From a virus (lineage: Duplodnaviria; Caudoviricetes), in the IMG/VR virus record IMGVR_UViG_3300033463_000045, positions 48,266 through 112,265 of that record: 64,000 nucleotides of DNA; one strand, 5' to 3'. Every line of letters begins with the position of its first letter. Position 1 is the stretch's first letter. The position numbers and the translations under genes were made by a program. The notes beneath the pieces were generated by a model, which saw nothing but the letters and a program-made list of their open reading frames with translations, did no database searches and was not told the DNA's origin. This document shows positions 30,328-40,548 of this stretch, piece by piece.

Positions 30328-31752
30328 ATGAGAATACCAAAAGGATTTATTAAAGACTCAGAAGGAATTTATAGAAGAGGAAATTTTGTATTTAGAGATA
30401 ACAAAATATTTAGAGAATCCGCTATTGTTCCTAAAGGTACTATTGAAGAAGTTGCTGATAATTATACTACTGTTTCAGAATGTATAAGAGCAATTTTAGC
30501 ATTCCCTGCTTCTATTGGTGAAAAACCAAGAACAACAGATATATATGTTAATAAAGTAGGAAATAATTTTAAACAATCAGATAAATTTACAAAAGATACA
30601 GTTGCAATAGTTACATCAGATAGAAATGTAATAGATATTAAAGCAAAAGATATTAGTGATTCAACAGAATTTAAAGATTTAATTAGTAAAGATAAACCAG
30701 TTAAAGCAAAAGAAATTAAAAGTTTTAGTTCAGATAAACCAAAAGATTCTCAAGAAGTAATTAGAACAGGATTAAAGGAATCTGAAAGTTCTATAGTACG
30801 AGTTGACGTATATACAGATGCATCAGATGAAAATGGCATTATACAAGAATTAAGAACAAATTCAAATCCAATACCACAAGAAATAGGAATTAAAGTTCTT
30901 AATGAACATGGTCCAGCGGGTGGAAATCCAGAAATTCTTTTAATTGGCGATTTAAATGTAATTAAAAACTGGTTACATACTGAGTTATTTGATGATGATA
31001 TGTATGTTGTAATAAAGGAATCTTATTCAGAAAAACTTGGAGGAGACCCAGAAGATTTTATCTCAGATGTAAATGATATATTAGCTCATGTTAAAACATT
31101 TGATACAAATAAACTTGCTACTAAATTAGCATATGAAATAATAGAAGATTTTGAGATGAAATGTGAAGATTTAATTAGTATGGCTAAAGGTAAATATTTA
31201 AATATTATATACAGGAATAAATCATTCAATGAATCTGCTGAGGGTGTTGATGAGTTCTGGGATAAATTTGATAAAGGTGAAGTTAAAATCGGTGACAAAT
31301 TTGAAAATGGTCCAGAATTATTAAAAGCAAATAAAAAAGCAGATTATATCTTAGTATTTAAAAATGATGAATATGTTGCCGCTTGGGCTCCTGAATTAAG
31401 TGGTGGAGATTTAGTTTGGGGACAAGGACATTATTTTGATAATGAAAAAGATGCTAACGAATATTTTAGTTCTAAATTAAATGAGTCAGAAAAGTTAAAT
31501 GAAGAATTTTATGATTGGAACTATAATAGTATATCAAAAGAACCTGACGAAGAAAAAGAATATCAAGAAGTTAAAAAAGAACTAGAAAAAAAGAGATATT
31601 ATAATAAATCAATTAAAGATTTTAAAAAAGGGTATATTGATGCTGAAGGTTTAAAAGAAGATTTAATATATAAGTCTGAAGGATTTATTCATAATAATAG
31701 AAAATACATAAATAGATATGTTGATGAACTTACTGGTTCAGCAGAAAAATAA
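30328..31752 (+). CDS. Putative internal head polyprotein
   Basis: LKESE, IKES, FNES, LNESE linkers. Confidence 0.5.
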   Translation: MRIPKGFIKDSEGIYRRGNFVFRDNKIFRESAIVPKGTIEEVADNYTTVSECIRAILAFPASIGEKPRTTDIYVNKVGNNFKQSDKFTKDTVAIVTSDRNVIDIKAKDISDSTEFKDLISKDKPVKAKEIKSFSSDKPKDSQEVIRTGLKESESSIVRVDVYTDASDENGIIQELRTNSNPIPQEIGIKVLNEHGPAGGNPEILLIGDLNVIKNWLHTELFDDDMYVVIKESYSEKLGGDPEDFISDVNDILAHVKTFDTNKLATKLAYEIIEDFEMKCEDLISMAKGKYLNIIYRNKSFNESAEGVDEFWDKFDKGEVKIGDKFENGPELLKANKKADYILVFKNDEYVAAWAPELSGGDLVWGQGHYFDNEKDANEYFSSKLNESEKLNEEFYDWNYNSISKEPDEEKEYQEVKKELEKKRYYNKSIKDFKKGYIDAEGLKEDLIYKSEGFIHNNRKYINRYVDELTGSAEK

Positions 31753-31776
31753 AATAAATAGAAAGGAAAAGCAAAT

Positions 31777-33090
31777 ATGAATTTATACGAGTCAATTAAA
31801 AAGAATTTAAAAACAAAAGAGAGAATATCTAAATTAAATGAATCTGAGAATAATTTAAAAGAGGTTATTCGTACAGGTTTAGAAATGAAAGATTATTTAA
31901 AGTTAAATGGTTTTGAATCTCTTGTTAATAAAATAGATGATGATAAAGCAACTTATAGATTATATTTAGACCCAGTAAAAGGAACATTTAGTGGTAATTA
32001 TAAATTAGAAAAAATAAATGAATCTTGTGGAAGAAAGAAAAAAATTAAAATAAAAGAAAGTAATTTAGCAAAATATCTTGGAGTTGCTCAATCATTAACA
32101 GAAAAAGTAAATCATGCTAATGATGATATTAATGCTAAAATACTAGAAGCTTTAAGAAGTAAATATAAAGCAAAGAAATATGCAGATGATTTTAAAAAAG
32201 CAGGAATTACAGTAGATGATTCACCAAGAGAAGGTGTTACATTAATTGGACCTAATGGTAAAAGATTATCTGCTGACAGATTAGAAATACATGGACCAGC
32301 AAAACCAGGACATAATAATACTCATGGTGGTCGTTATGGTTCAAGAATTAAATCTAAAATAAAAGATTTAGATAATTATAATAAGAGAATAGCAGAACAA
32401 AAAGAAAATATTGAAAATCTTAAAAATGCTGAGCATGATGATATTATTAGAAAATATCCTAATAAAACTACTGAAGAAGCTTTAAAAGCACATGAAGATA
32501 ATATTGCTAGTGAAGAAAGTAGTTTAAATTGGAATAAGAGATGGAGAAAAGATACTCAAAAAGATATTGCTCGTGAACATAGAAATCGTGCTGAGGGACA
32601 TAATAGTGATTTAGGATATGGAAATAGAATTATTGATAGAAAATCATCTGCGATTGATAAAATAGACTATAAAGGTTATTTAGACTCTAAGGATAATGAT
32701 ATTAATAAAGACTTTACAGGTGGCGGTTATGTAAAACCTACTCCAGGACAACAAGTTAGACAAGACCTTAAAAATGCTAAAGATAAAGTAAATAATACTT
32801 ATTATAGATGGGATGCTCAAGATGTTGCAAGAGATAGAAAAATTGATGCGAAAGCAATTGAAGCCCGTAAGAAAGAAATTGAAGAAGAATATAAAAAGAA
32901 AATGGACGATGAAGTAAATAGAATGTTAGAAAGAAAATCTAAAGCAGATTCTAGTTATAAAGACCATAAAGAATATTATAGAAAAAATGTTAATGATTTA
33001 AATGCTTTTAGAAAACAACATAATTTACCAACAAAAGATGAAGATTCATTCGATGATTATCTTGAAAAGAAAGCTAATTCAAATTGGTAA
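31777..33090 (+). CDS. MNLY-leader family protein with basic C-terminal domain
   Basis: MNLYESIKKNLK; GPNGK domain shared with 52671..54302. Confidence 0.65.
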   Translation: MNLYESIKKNLKTKERISKLNESENNLKEVIRTGLEMKDYLKLNGFESLVNKIDDDKATYRLYLDPVKGTFSGNYKLEKINESCGRKKKIKIKESNLAKYLGVAQSLTEKVNHANDDINAKILEALRSKYKAKKYADDFKKAGITVDDSPREGVTLIGPNGKRLSADRLEIHGPAKPGHNNTHGGRYGSRIKSKIKDLDNYNKRIAEQKENIENLKNAEHDDIIRKYPNKTTEEALKAHEDNIASEESSLNWNKRWRKDTQKDIAREHRNRAEGHNSDLGYGNRIIDRKSSAIDKIDYKGYLDSKDNDINKDFTGGGYVKPTPGQQVRQDLKNAKDKVNNTYYRWDAQDVARDRKIDAKAIEARKKEIEEEYKKKMDDEVNRMLERKSKADSSYKDHKEYYRKNVNDLNAFRKQHNLPTKDEDSFDDYLEKKANSNW

Positions 33091-33105
33091 TAAGGAGGAC
33101 TTCTT

Positions 33106-33444
33106 ATGAATTTATATGAAAGTATAAAGAATAATCAAAAATTTAATGAGGCAGAAGAAAAAACTTTAGTAACAATATATCAAGTTCCAACAGGAAAAGA
33201 TTATGCTTTTATGGATTATGATTTTGCTAAAGAACATGGATTTAATTTTAATGACTATGAAAAAGTTGCTGATATTGAAGTGCCAATAAGTACTGACTTA
33301 GAAGAAATCTTTACATTAGGTAATATACATAAAGATATGTTCAATGCCTCTAGAGATAAATTTAGAAGTATTTCTGTTTCAGATATAATTGAAAAAGATG
33401 GTAAAAAATATTACGTAGATTCATTCGGATTTAAGGAGGTATAA
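33106..33444 (+). CDS. MNLY-leader family protein with YodL-like domain
   Basis: TIYQV..DYAFM..DYEKV..LEEIF..FRSISVSDII..YYVDSFGFKEV. Confidence 0.75.
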   Translation: MNLYESIKNNQKFNEAEEKTLVTIYQVPTGKDYAFMDYDFAKEHGFNFNDYEKVADIEVPISTDLEEIFTLGNIHKDMFNASRDKFRSISVSDIIEKDGKKYYVDSFGFKEV

Positions 33445-33446
33445 AT

Positions 33447-34082
33447 ATGGCATTAGTTGAAATAGGAATTACTGGTAATGCAGGATATAGCACAAATCAA
33501 GTAAGAAAAATGTCTGTTAGCGAATTAATATCAGAATTAGAAAATTTTGATTCTGAAGATGAAGTATATTTAAAAGATGCTGGAAATAGATATGGCGCAG
33601 CTTATGGACAAATTAATTATATAGAACAAGGTTTATCAGAAGATTATGAAGATGATGACGAAGATGAATATTATGAATCAAATCTTTATTCAATGATTAA
33701 GAGCAATCAAAAATTAAATGAAAGTGTAGATGATACTAAAACAGATGAAATTTTTAATTTATTTGTTGAGTTAGCTAATGAAATAGAAAATAAATATAAT
33801 GTTAGTGATATTACTTCTAAATTAAATAAATCTGATATGAAAGTAAGTGAAAAATGGGGTTCTTATAATTTGTATGTTAAGAATTATATGACAATACCAT
33901 TTCTTAATTGTCCTTTAAATATAGATTTTGAATTTCATTCAGATGATAATAAATTTAAAGTTAGAGCATTATTATCAAATCCAGATTCAACAGGTTTTTG
34001 GTCAGATGTAATGAAGGGAAAAACTCTTGCATCTGGTAAATATGAAAATAATAATATTAGATTTTATAAAGATAAACAATAA
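33447..34082 (+). CDS. Two-domain protein with an internal copy of the MNLY leader
   Basis: YES-NLYSMIKSNQKLNES in mid-protein. Confidence 0.6.
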   Translation: MALVEIGITGNAGYSTNQVRKMSVSELISELENFDSEDEVYLKDAGNRYGAAYGQINYIEQGLSEDYEDDDEDEYYESNLYSMIKSNQKLNESVDDTKTDEIFNLFVELANEIENKYNVSDITSKLNKSDMKVSEKWGSYNLYVKNYMTIPFLNCPLNIDFEFHSDDNKFKVRALLSNPDSTGFWSDVMKGKTLASGKYENNNIRFYKDKQ

Positions 34083-34094
34083 GGAGGAATAAAT

Positions 34095-34913
34095 ATGGGA
34101 GTATTAAAAGTATTAAAAGGTACATTATCTACATTAGGTAAAAAGAATCGTAATGGTCGTATTTATTCTAAAGAGTTATGGGAAAATGTTCTTAATTCTG
34201 AATATTGGAATGATATGATGAGTAATAATTCATTATTTGGAGAATGTGTTCATCCTGCAGATAATAGAAGTACATCAGATTCATTTGAAATAGATGCTAA
34301 TAATGTATCTCATAGAATTAAAGAAGCTCATATTGAAGGAGATAAATTAATAGGTACTGTTGAAATATTAGATACTCAAGCAGGAAAAAATATTGCAGCA
34401 TTAATTGATAGTGGTTGTAATATAGGAATATCTGCAAGAGGTGCAGGAGACCTTAATGGTGATACTGTAGACCCAGATACTTATCAATTTAAAACTTTTG
34501 ATTTAACATTTAGACCTTCTGATTATAATGCTAGACTAGTTCCTTTAACTGAATCAGAAAAGAAAAACTTTAAACCTATTAAAGAATCTGAAGAATCAGA
34601 TACATTAATTAAAGGTGCAGAAGAAATAAATTCTACTAAAGTAGATAAAGATATTAAAAAAGGTTTAAAAGATAGAGTAGTTAAGAAATATATTGATGGT
34701 TATACAGATAAACCAATTCAATTTAGTAAATTTACAATAGAAATATTACCCACTACTTCTGATACTGATAAATTAAGAGTTGCTGTATATGATAAAGAGC
34801 ATGACGCAAGAGAGATTGTTGGTTATTTTAATAAAGATGACATACATACAGATGATTCGTTAGTTGAAAAAATATTAGATATAATGAGTTATTCATACGA
34901 ATATGATTTATAA
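34095..34913 (+). CDS. Prohead core protease (T4 gp21-like)
   Basis: KNRNGRIYS, GECVHP, VSHRI, ILDTQAG, GISARGAG, FDLTFRPS. Confidence 0.88.
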   Translation: MGVLKVLKGTLSTLGKKNRNGRIYSKELWENVLNSEYWNDMMSNNSLFGECVHPADNRSTSDSFEIDANNVSHRIKEAHIEGDKLIGTVEILDTQAGKNIAALIDSGCNIGISARGAGDLNGDTVDPDTYQFKTFDLTFRPSDYNARLVPLTESEKKNFKPIKESEESDTLIKGAEEINSTKVDKDIKKGLKDRVVKKYIDGYTDKPIQFSKFTIEILPTTSDTDKLRVAVYDKEHDAREIVGYFNKDDIHTDDSLVEKILDIMSYSYEYDL

Positions 34914-34990
34914 AAGTAAACTTAGTGTTTACTTTTTATTTTGCATATTATATAATATAAAACATAAAATTTATTTTGGAGGAGACATAT

Positions 34991-35932
34991 ATGGAAAATA
35001 TTCAGAAAACAAGAGAAAAGAAGTCATTTTGGGGTAAGCTAATGAAAAAGAATAAAGTAAATTCTTATGATATAGCAGAAAAAACAAATATACCTGAAGA
35101 AAAGGTAAAAGAAATAATTAATGGAGAAAGAACTTTACCTAAAAATAAAGTTAATGATTTTGTTAAAGCAATTCATGAAACTAAAAAAGAAAGTAAAAAC
35201 GGATTAAGAAATGAAGCATTATTATTTTTTACAGGAAAAGATATTAGAACATTAAGATTAAAATTTAATTATGAAACACAAAGAGATTTAGCAGAAGTAT
35301 TGAAAGTAAGTCAATATACTGTATCTAGAGCAGAAAGAAATGGAGCAAATTCATTAAATACAACAACATTATTAAAATTTTATAATTTCTTTAAAGATGA
35401 ATTAAATATTAAAGTAAATAAAAAGAAAGAAAAAGTAATAAAAGAAAAAGATAGCAATGGAAATTATACTATTGAATATTATAGAAATTATTTTAAAGGT
35501 ATAGATTTAAAACAAGAAATTGCAAATACAGGAAAAAGTATTCCACAATTTGCTAAATCTATTGGTCTTAATCCTTCTACTATTTATAAATATGCATTAG
35601 GAACTATTGAATGGTCAATTAATATTTATAGAAAAGTATTTAATGCACTTAATAATATTGAAGAAGATAATAAAACATTAATAGTAAAAATAGATAATGA
35701 TAATAATTATAAAAGAGTAAGTGAAGAATTAGGAGTAATGAGCAGAGAAGTTAAAAATTCAGACTTATATAAATCAGAAATTCCTAATTATACTCAATTA
35801 GAAGAAAAAACAATGACTGTTATTCCAGATTTTGATGCAAATATCTTATTTGAATATTTAATTAATAATTGTATTACAAAAGATGTTGTAGAATTACATA
35901 AATTATTAAATGAATATTTTAAAAGTGAATAG
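34991..35932 (+). CDS. Multi-HTH (XRE-like) transcriptional regulator
   Basis: Three HTH-like segments (SYDIAEKTNIP, TQRDLAEVLKVSQYTVSRAE, FAKSIGLNPSTIYKY); ATG 34991 follows GGAGG. Confidence 0.7.
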   Translation: MENIQKTREKKSFWGKLMKKNKVNSYDIAEKTNIPEEKVKEIINGERTLPKNKVNDFVKAIHETKKESKNGLRNEALLFFTGKDIRTLRLKFNYETQRDLAEVLKVSQYTVSRAERNGANSLNTTTLLKFYNFFKDELNIKVNKKKEKVIKEKDSNGNYTIEYYRNYFKGIDLKQEIANTGKSIPQFAKSIGLNPSTIYKYALGTIEWSINIYRKVFNALNNIEEDNKTLIVKIDNDNNYKRVSEELGVMSREVKNSDLYKSEIPNYTQLEEKTMTVIPDFDANILFEYLINNCITKDVVELHKLLNEYFKSE

Positions 35933-36100
35933 CAATAATTTTGTTATATTCTAGATGAATTTTCTTATAAAAGTAATATAAATATATTAAAATATTAAAA
36001 CATTCATCTGGGTGTCACTAAATAACTAATAAATTAATATTAGTTATTTTTATTTTGCATTAAATAATTATTTTCATAATATATAATAAGAGGTGATAAA

Positions 36101-36451
36101 ATGATAAGCTTAGTTAAATATTTTAGTAATTTAAGACTAAAAAGATTTGAAAAGCGAATGAAAAAATTAAAACCTGATTTATTATTATCTTGGTATGATA
36201 CACAAGAGGAAAGTATCAGAAAAGAATATGATGATGAGATGGAAAGATTACATGATGAGATACAAAATTTAAAGGAAGAATTAAAAGAAAGCAGAAAGAA
36301 ATCAGATTTTTGGAAAGGTAAATATGAAGGAGTCTCCGAAACGCAAGATAAGATTAATGAACAATTAATAACAAAAATAGAAACAAGCTCGGTAGATAAA
36401 GGTAAATTAAAAGAGCAAGTAAAACAATTAAAAGATGAGATACAAGAATAG
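36101..36451 (+). CDS. Coiled-coil hypothetical protein
   Basis: Own promoter motif, RBS and terminator. Confidence 0.6.
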   Translation: MISLVKYFSNLRLKRFEKRMKKLKPDLLLSWYDTQEESIRKEYDDEMERLHDEIQNLKEELKESRKKSDFWKGKYEGVSETQDKINEQLITKIETSSVDKGKLKEQVKQLKDEIQE

Positions 36452-36520
36452 CTAATTAATATTAGCTATTTTTATTTTATTTATTAAAAATTTTCATTAA
36501 TATAGAAAGGAGAATATCTT

Positions 36521-36793
36521 ATGACTTTAGAAATTATTTTTGCTATTGTTCAAGTTGTAGTAACTGAGATAGTAGCAGTATTTTTTAAAGACAATATAAT
36601 TCCTAAAAAAGCAATTCCATTAGTTAATTTAGGAATAGGTATTGTAGTTGCTATTTTTGCTATTTGTTTTGGACTATTTGACAATCCTTTAACTGCAATT
36701 CTTGCATCATTAGGATTAGCATTCGCTGTAGGTGGAATATATGATACAGCAAAATCAGTTAATAAAACATTTATAAGTAAAGAAGAAAAATAA
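36521..36793 (+). CDS. Holin
   Basis: Three hydrophobic segments, KKAIPL..GIYD, upstream of the endolysin. Confidence 0.75.
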   Translation: MTLEIIFAIVQVVVTEIVAVFFKDNIIPKKAIPLVNLGIGIVVAIFAICFGLFDNPLTAILASLGLAFAVGGIYDTAKSVNKTFISKEEK

Positions 36794-36812
36794 TTTAGAA
36801 GGAGAAATAATT

Positions 36813-37019
36813 ATGGCACTATTAAAGAAGAAAAAGAAAAGTAAGGTTGCTGCTGAACCTATTGAAGAAGCAGTTGTTACAAATTTAAATGTAGAAGAAG
36901 TAGATGAAGAAATTCAAACTACATTTAATGAAGACCCAGAAGGTGTTTTTGAAGATGTAATATTTATTGACGAAGAAACTGCTTTAGAAGCAGAAGAAAT
37001 AGAAAAGGAGGATAACTAA
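36813..37019 (+). CDS. Small protein with basic N-terminus and acidic tail, in the lysis cassette
   Basis: AAGGAG RBS; TAATG coupling to the endolysin. Confidence 0.55.
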   Translation: MALLKKKKKSKVAAEPIEEAVVTNLNVEEVDEEIQTTFNEDPEGVFEDVIFIDEETALEAEEIEKEDN

Positions 37020-38011
37020 TGCCTAACTTTACTAAAAGAACTAGTAAACCTGCTAATGATAATAAGAATTATATTTGTAAAAGCGATGGTGGTTGGAATA
37101 CTTGTATACATGGAAATCCAATGGATAAATATTTAACTGCTTTGGCCAATTGCGTAGGTGGAGCTAGTGGTCGTCTTAATGAAATTGTAAATGAAATTAA
37201 TGGAACTACTGGTTGTAAATATACAAGATTTAATTGTAATGCTGAAGGTTTCTTAAAGAGAGCACAAGAATATGGTTGGGAAGTTAGTATGACTCCTAGA
37301 GCAGGTTCTATTATGTGCTGGGAAGGTAAAGGTTCTCTTGCTGGACATGTAGCATCTTGTGAATCAGTATTAGATGCAACTAATAGAGTTTATACTTTTG
37401 AATCTCAATGGGGTGGAAAAGCATCTCTTAATACAGTTAGAACAAATGATAATGGTCGTTGGGGTATGAGTAGTAATTATAAATTCTCTGGTTTCTTATA
37501 TATTCCAGAAGTAGTAGTTGAACAAATTACACCAACAGTAGAAAGAGATATTTATACAAATCAATTAAAATTAAATAAAGATATGAACGTAAGACTAGGA
37601 ATTGAAACTACATCAGAATCAATTGGTTTAGCACATAGTGGAGACGTATTTAATTATTATGAAGAAAGACAAGGTAATTCATCTAAATGGTATGCAATTA
37701 CTCCAGATAAATCTCAATGGGTTGCTGGTGTAAATAATGATGGTACTAAATATTGTGATATATATCCAGCACAACCAATACCACCAGAACCAACACCTAC
37801 ACCAACTCCAGAACCTCCTGAACCAGAAACATTTAAAGTAGGAGACATTGTAGTTCCAACTAGATTAGTTAATTATAGAGGAACTCCGGTTATTCAATAT
37901 GACCCTTGGTATAAGATTACTGAATTACATGGTGATAGAGCAGTATTAAGTGCAAGAGGTCAAATATGGGCAGCAATGAATACTAAAGATATTACTCATT
38001 ATAAAGGTTAA
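37019..38011 (+). CDS. Endolysin: CHAP amidase/peptidase with SH3-like cell-wall-binding domains
   Basis: ANCV catalytic Cys, AGHVA His, ESQW; Pro-rich linker. Confidence 0.8.
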   Translation: MPNFTKRTSKPANDNKNYICKSDGGWNTCIHGNPMDKYLTALANCVGGASGRLNEIVNEINGTTGCKYTRFNCNAEGFLKRAQEYGWEVSMTPRAGSIMCWEGKGSLAGHVASCESVLDATNRVYTFESQWGGKASLNTVRTNDNGRWGMSSNYKFSGFLYIPEVVVEQITPTVERDIYTNQLKLNKDMNVRLGIETTSESIGLAHSGDVFNYYEERQGNSSKWYAITPDKSQWVAGVNNDGTKYCDIYPAQPIPPEPTPTPTPEPPEPETFKVGDIVVPTRLVNYRGTPVIQYDPWYKITELHGDRAVLSARGQIWAAMNTKDITHYKG

Positions 38012-38129
38012 TAAATTTCATAATGTACAAAAAGATTACTACTAAGTAGTCTTTTATTTTGCTTTAATTTTCATTAAATATAGATAAAGAATTTTCATTT
38101 TTTATTGTAATAAAAGGAGGAAATGAAAT

Positions 38130-39575
38130 ATGGCAACTCAAATTCCAGTATATGACTCACATTTTAATCAACCTGATGATGTATATTCAAGAGACTTTTA
38201 TACTATAGATGTATCAAACACTATAGGTGATTGGGTTGATGCCTTTAATAAGAATGCTTTGGGTTCAACTGACCACAAATGGTATTTAAATGAGATGCTA
38301 TTTAATGGTATATTATATACAGGACTTGAAACAATAGGAGGAGTAGCAATTCATTCATTAACTAATTTAAGTATTGCTTCATCTTCTATACAAAATTTAG
38401 AATTAGATAATTTTTATCTATATTTTAGGTCTTTAGGACAAATTAAATTATTAGACCAGGTTACTTTTGATTTAACAGATTATGATGATGGTGAACCTCA
38501 TTTATTCTATATTAATTCAGAATTAGGTTATAGAGTATCACAACAATTAGACCAACAAGCAGATGAAATAATGTTATTTAGATTTATTATAAAAAATGGA
38601 ATATTTACACAATGTTATGTTACAGCACAAAGATTTGGAAGTAATGTTTATGATTCTGGAGATGAATATTATTTAGTTCAAGGTTGCATGCCTTTAGCTA
38701 ATTCAGCATTAACATTAAAATTAAGTGATGGAACAATTAAAAGGTCTGGTATTAAATTTGATTATCATCAATTACCAGATGTAGTTCATATAATTGATGA
38801 AAGTATTCCAGTACCATTAAGATATATTACAGTTTCTAATACTGTAGATTTTAGTGTATCAACAGTTAATAATATAGACCCAGACCATTATTTAAATTAT
38901 TCATCTGAAACATTACAAAATGTTCCAGCTAATAAATTTACAGTTCAAAGAATATTATTTGATGTATATTCTAATTGCTTAATAATGCAATATGGTAATA
39001 ATGTTTATGATACAATGCAAGATGCATTAACTTCATTAAATAATGTAAATTATCCATTCCCTTATGAATCATTAATGTTTATTCCATTAGGATTAATGTT
39101 TATTAAGCAAGGAGCAACAGATTTAACAGACCCTAATCAATGTATTTTAGTTCAACATTTAAATACTACAATTAATCCTGCAGACTCAGCTTTCTTTGCT
39201 GAAGATAGTTATGCTCGAGGACAATTAGATGCAATTAATAATGCTATTGATATATTACAACAAGCAGTTGCTCAATTACAATCAGATTTAAGTTCTCATA
39301 CAACAAATTATAATAATCCTCATCAAGTTACTAAAGCACAAGTTGGTTTAGGTAATGTAGATAATTATAGTTATGATACAATTAAAACTAAAATATCAAA
39401 TGACTTATCTAGTAAGTGGATTAGAAAAGATGCTGATGATGGAACTACTTATACATTAACAATGCAAGACGGTGTAGTTAATGCTCAATATATAACTATT
39501 AATGGACAAAGACTTTATATAGGAGTCTTACCAAATGATGCCCCTAATGGTAGCTGGGGAATTTATACAAGTTAA
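38130..39575 (+). CDS. Tail/baseplate fibre-associated structural protein
   Basis: HTTNYNNPHQVTKAQVGLGNVDN fibre motif. Confidence 0.6.
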   Translation: MATQIPVYDSHFNQPDDVYSRDFYTIDVSNTIGDWVDAFNKNALGSTDHKWYLNEMLFNGILYTGLETIGGVAIHSLTNLSIASSSIQNLELDNFYLYFRSLGQIKLLDQVTFDLTDYDDGEPHLFYINSELGYRVSQQLDQQADEIMLFRFIIKNGIFTQCYVTAQRFGSNVYDSGDEYYLVQGCMPLANSALTLKLSDGTIKRSGIKFDYHQLPDVVHIIDESIPVPLRYITVSNTVDFSVSTVNNIDPDHYLNYSSETLQNVPANKFTVQRILFDVYSNCLIMQYGNNVYDTMQDALTSLNNVNYPFPYESLMFIPLGLMFIKQGATDLTDPNQCILVQHLNTTINPADSAFFAEDSYARGQLDAINNAIDILQQAVAQLQSDLSSHTTNYNNPHQVTKAQVGLGNVDNYSYDTIKTKISNDLSSKWIRKDADDGTTYTLTMQDGVVNAQYITINGQRLYIGVLPNDAPNGSWGIYTS

Positions 39576-39589
39576 GGAGGAAGATATAA

Positions 39590-40528
39590 ATGGCAGATAT
39601 AGTATTTCAAAGAATTACATCTACTAGAACAGGACAAGGTGCTTCAACAGGTAAAGAAACAGAAACAGCATTTAACGATAACTTTGCTTTAGTTAAAACA
39701 TGTTTAGACCAATTATTTAATATTGCTTCTAGTGTAATTCTTTCTGATAATATTACTCAAATAAAAGCAGATACTTCAACAAATCCATATACTTTATATT
39801 ATACAATAGACCCTTTAGATACTGAACCAAGTCAAATAAATTGGGAATTAATAACTAATGTATCTTTTGCTGATATTCAAGGTTTACCTTCTGATAATAT
39901 TGCATTAGGTACTGCATTAGATTCTAAAGGTTCTGCAACAGATGTTGCTACATTACAAAATCAAATGTCTGGTGCTTTAGATACAATAAGTACTCATACA
40001 AATCAAATAGCAACTAATACTCAAAATATAGGAACAAATACATCATCTATTACTTCAATAAGAACAGAATTAGAAAGTGTAGTTCATAATCCAGTAGGTA
40101 CAACATTATTTTTAAGATATAATTCTGGTGCTATTGAATATTCAACAGATGGAACTACGTGGACTAGTATTTTAGCAAGTGGAGTTGCTTATTCTCAATT
40201 AACAGGAGATGCTTCAGATAGTTCTTCATTAGTTAATTATGTAGCAGGAGAAATTACAACTGCTACTAGTTCATTAGTAACTAATACAGCATTTCAGGCA
40301 CATACGTCTAATAGAAATAATCCACATGATGTTACTAAAGACCAAATAGGTTTAGGAAATGTTGCTAATTTAGCTCCCGCTGATTTACCTATTTCAAATG
40401 CGGTTCAACAAGCATTAAATGAAATTACAGCAGGAACAGTTCCATTAGTAGCATTATCACCAACAGCATATAGAGCATTACCATCACCAAGTTCAGATTC
40501 ATTATATTTAACAAGCACTATGTACTAA
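39590..40528 (+). CDS. Tail fibre-like structural protein
   Basis: Coiled coil plus HTSNRNNPHDVTKDQIGLGNV. Confidence 0.6.
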   Translation: MADIVFQRITSTRTGQGASTGKETETAFNDNFALVKTCLDQLFNIASSVILSDNITQIKADTSTNPYTLYYTIDPLDTEPSQINWELITNVSFADIQGLPSDNIALGTALDSKGSATDVATLQNQMSGALDTISTHTNQIATNTQNIGTNTSSITSIRTELESVVHNPVGTTLFLRYNSGAIEYSTDGTTWTSILASGVAYSQLTGDASDSSSLVNYVAGEITTATSSLVTNTAFQAHTSNRNNPHDVTKDQIGLGNVANLAPADLPISNAVQQALNEITAGTVPLVALSPTAYRALPSPSSDSLYLTSTMY

Positions 40529-40548
40529 TATTATAAGGAGGTATTTAA

